Assembly: GCA_038243585.1 (NCBI GenBank)
Contig: JBBSQY010000075.1
Location: 1 to 10,432 of the forward strand
Length of the DNA stretch: 10,432 nucleotides
Direction of reading: 5' to 3'
From: Candidatus Sumerlaeales bacterium
Lineage (GTDB): Bacteria; Sumerlaeota; Sumerlaeia; Sumerlaeales; Sumerlaeaceae
In this document: positions 8,623 to 10,432 of the stretch, piece after piece
Position numbering within the stretch: the first letter of the stretch is position 1
Layout of the letters: the number at the start of each line of letters is the position of its first letter
Position numbers and translations under genes: made by a program
The notes under the pieces: generated by a model
The model's database searches: none
The model's input: the letters and a program-made list of their open reading frames with translations, nothing else
What the model was told of the DNA's origin: nothing

Positions 8623-9489
8623 ATGCCCCACCACCTGCTGTTAAAAGGTTCCACACTCTGGGCACTGATCAACCACTTTGACCCACCCGTGACCGGCCTG
8701 CCAAGCCTTACCAAAGCCGGCGCATCCACCATAGAAGTCAGCGACCTCCTCCTAACGCCAGCCATGCTCGAACAGATCGCCCAAAACCGCCTCGGCCTTA
8801 TCATCCAGACTCATCCCCTAACCCCCGATGACATTAACGCCACCCTCGCCCTCGCGAAACAAAGCCGCGCCGTCGCCATAAATACCCACATCCGCACCCC
8901 ACACATAGACCACGACGATGCCGTGCAATTAGTAAAGGGCCTGATCAGCCGCGCCACCGACGCCAGCATCCCTCTCTATTGCGAAACCCATCGCGGCTGC
9001 CTAACCCAAGACCTCTACCGCACCGCCAAACTAGCCGAAGTCATACCCGAAATGCGCTTCACCCTAGACGTATCCCATTATGTTCTCTCCGAAGAACAAC
9101 CCGGTCCGACAGAAAAGCTCGCAGCACTCTTAGACATCATCCTCGACCGTACAGAAATGATCCACGGACGCATCTCTAACGGCCAGCAAATCCAGCAGCA
9201 CACCGTTGACCCAACTAGCGACCTTGCCCAGTCCTACAAAGCCTTCTGGACAGAAGCCATGCGCCGCTGGCGCATGCGGAAACCAGCCGGCAGCACCCTC
9301 ATCTTTACCCCAGAACTCGGCCCGCCCCCCTACGCCATACTAGACAAGGAGGGAAATGAACTCTCCAACCGCCTGGAACAAACAGAAACAATATGGGAAA
9401 TAGCCCAGGCCGCCTGGAAACAAAGCGCCAGCGCTGGAAGCAATCGCTTCTGGCCGTGCACCACAAACACCGCCCCACCTCAGAAATAA
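8623..9489 (+). CDS. Sugar phosphate isomerase/epimerase-like TIM-barrel protein (xylose isomerase-like superfamily)
   Basis: Metal-binding-type motifs CETHRG, TLDVSHY, IHGRISNGQQIQ, FTPELGPPPYAI; SD-like AGGA upstream of the ATG. Substrate cannot be inferred. Confidence 0.75.
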   Translation: MPHHLLLKGSTLWALINHFDPPVTGLPSLTKAGASTIEVSDLLLTPAMLEQIAQNRLGLIIQTHPLTPDDINATLALAKQSRAVAINTHIRTPHIDHDDAVQLVKGLISRATDASIPLYCETHRGCLTQDLYRTAKLAEVIPEMRFTLDVSHYVLSEEQPGPTEKLAALLDIILDRTEMIHGRISNGQQIQQHTVDPTSDLAQSYKAFWTEAMRRWRMRKPAGSTLIFTPELGPPPYAILDKEGNELSNRLEQTETIWEIAQAAWKQSASAGSNRFWPCTTNTAPPQK

Positions 9490-9515
9490 CTTTTCTCCCC
9501 CTGGCAGTGCTTATC

Positions 9516-9545
9516 AGGTTTGCTTCGTGGAATTCCCGCAAACCT
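9516..9545. terminator. Stem-loop between the convergent TIM-barrel gene and tRNA 3' end; probable terminator
   Basis: AGGTTTGC (9516-9523) and GCAAACCT (9538-9545) are a perfect 8-bp inverted repeat, 10 nt downstream of the tRNA CCA on the minus strand; U-tracts are poor. Confidence 0.55.
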
Positions 9546-9555
9546 ATATAGGGAG

Positions 9556-9584
9556 TGGTGCACCCGGTTGGATTCGAACCAACG
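9556..9584 (-). mobile_element. Isolated tRNA 3' fragment, probable att site of an integrated element (likely tRNA-Arg target)
   Basis: Minus strand reads C-GTTGG-TTCGAAT-CCAAC-CGGGTGC-A-CCA: complete T-arm, 3' acceptor strand, discriminator and CCA. Upstream sequence gives no anticodon arm, D arm or 5' acceptor strand. An integrase ends 200 bp away. Confidence 0.88.
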
Positions 9585-9630
9585 GAGTATTTGCTGATTC
9601 TATTGGACTTACAGAGTGTTTTCAGGATAC

Positions 9631-9650
9631 ACTCCCGGTCGACTCCCGGT
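9631..9650 (+). repeat. Perfect 9-bp direct repeat, candidate integrase arm-type sites
   Basis: ACTCCCGGT at 9631-9639 and 9642-9650 (11-bp period). Confidence 0.6.
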
Positions 9651-9697
9651 TGAGAATCACAGAGGATCAGTCTTGATTCTAAATGCTTATAGAAAAC

Positions 9698-9746
9698 GAC
9701 CTACATAACCTACATGACCTATTTGACCTACACAACCTACATAACC
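9698..9746 (+). repeat. 9-bp tandem repeat array (consensus RACCTACAT), 5 units plus a partial
   Basis: GACCTACAT, AACCTACAT, GACCTATTT, GACCTACAC, AACCTACAT, AACC, contiguous from 9698. Confidence 0.85.
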
Positions 9747-9757
9747 AGAAATCAGGG

Positions 9758-9775
9758 TTGTCAGAAATCTGACAA
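9758..9775. promoter_or_regulatory. Perfect palindrome, candidate protein-binding site just downstream of the integrase stop
   Basis: TTGTCAGA-AA-TCTGACAA. Confidence 0.55.
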
Positions 9776-9783
9776 AGCCGAAT

Positions 9784-10431
9784 CTACGCGCTCTTAATAT
9801 CCACTACATTGCCGGTAACAGCAGCGGCCAGGTGTTCAGCCAGCGGTGTCAGGACCTCTTGCCGCAGATATGCGGCTTCACCGTAATCAGCATAGACTCT
9901 GCCGGTCATGCTTTGTGGCCGATGCCCGATGTAAGCGCCTAGTGCCTCTTCGCGCACCCGTGCGGCGCGGCAGAGGTTAGCAAATGACTTCCGCATGTCT
10001 TTAGGCGCTACAGCTAAAAAAGCCGGTCTCTGTGCCTTATCTGTGCAATTCTTGCCGGCTTTGTCCAGGACGTGACGAACCGCCTTGCCCAACGATAGGT
10101 CGGTTGCCAGTGATCCGTTGACTTTGGTAATCGGTTTGAAGGTCTTTGCCCACTCAGCGACGAACGGCAATAGCGGTATTGTCCGCTCACGAAATCGGTT
10201 TTTACTACGCTTGATTGATACCGTGCCGGCCTTATGGTCGAAGTCTTCAGGACGGAGACGCAGGATTTCCAGAATGTTCATACCGGCATAGCCGCCAAGC
10301 ATAACAGCAGGCATTAGACCTGGGTTCTTGCTCTCCTGTGCATATTGCAGCAGGATCGATAGTTGCACGGCATCAAGGTAGGCTTTAGCCGGTTTGGACT
10401 CTTCCACCAGGTGCCGGCTTTGGATATTAAG
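9784..10431 (-). CDS. Tyrosine recombinase/integrase, C-terminal catalytic domain (5' end beyond the right edge), atypical active site
   Basis: Frame stays open past the tracked GTG (10407) to the window edge (LNIQSRHL...). Box I-like YAGMNILEILRLRPED, SKN...RTIPL, Box II-like PKDMRKSFA...IGH...TGRVY, and an NVVDI tail typical of phage-like integrases. Confidence 0.85.
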   Translation of the reverse strand, partial: LNIQSRHLVEESKPAKAYLDAVQLSILLQYAQESKNPGLMPAVMLGGYAGMNILEILRLRPEDFDHKAGTVSIKRSKNRFRERTIPLLPFVAEWAKTFKPITKVNGSLATDLSLGKAVRHVLDKAGKNCTDKAQRPAFLAVAPKDMRKSFANLCRAARVREEALGAYIGHRPQSMTGRVYADYGEAAYLRQEVLTPLAEHLAAAVTGNVVDIKSA

Positions 10432-10432
10432 C

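Larger units (their letters stand above)
9556..10432. mobile_element. End of a tRNA-integrated genomic island or prophage-like element (extends beyond the window)
   Basis: tRNA 3' fragment, repeat-rich spacer and a tyrosine recombinase transcribed toward the att site. Confidence 0.8.

Noticed and set aside
9556..9632. A complete tRNA gene on the minus strand
   Set aside because: Only the T-arm, 3' acceptor strand and CCA are present; there is no complementary 5' strand, D arm or anticodon arm at the expected distance.
9585..9690. IHF-like sites in the att arm (AATCAG/AATCAA on the minus strand)
   Set aside because: The downstream TTR part of the WATCAR-N4-TTR consensus is missing; too degenerate to claim.
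9698..9746. CRISPR array interpretation of the tandem repeat
   Set aside because: Units are 9 bp and contiguous, with no unique spacers and no cas genes in the window.
10381..10392. GGCTTTAGCCGG inside the integrase, matching the 8503 palindrome core
   Set aside because: Short match within coding sequence (PAKA codons); most likely chance.

Overview
Bacterial chromosomal window whose right end is the edge of an integrated element. Left to right: the 5' part of a PilB/GspE-type assembly ATPase (minus strand, running off the left edge and absent from the ORF track); a divergent RNase D, PilT-type ATPase and overlapping small membrane protein; ~600 bp of apparently non-coding DNA; a P-II regulator, small-type PurL and SppA peptidase cluster; an intergenic cluster of REP-like palindromes; and a xylose-isomerase-like TIM-barrel gene. 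The element edge has an isolated 29-nt tRNA 3' end (att-like, probably tRNA-Arg), direct repeats, a 9-bp tandem array, a palindrome and the 3' part of a tyrosine recombinase. The most notable observations are the recombinase's non-canonical catalytic set (first Arg read as Asn, HxxR read as KxxR, with Lys, His and Tyr retained) next to well-preserved att architecture, and a P-II protein with substitutions at nucleotide-binding positions placed directly upstream of a purL that has no purQ/purS in the window.
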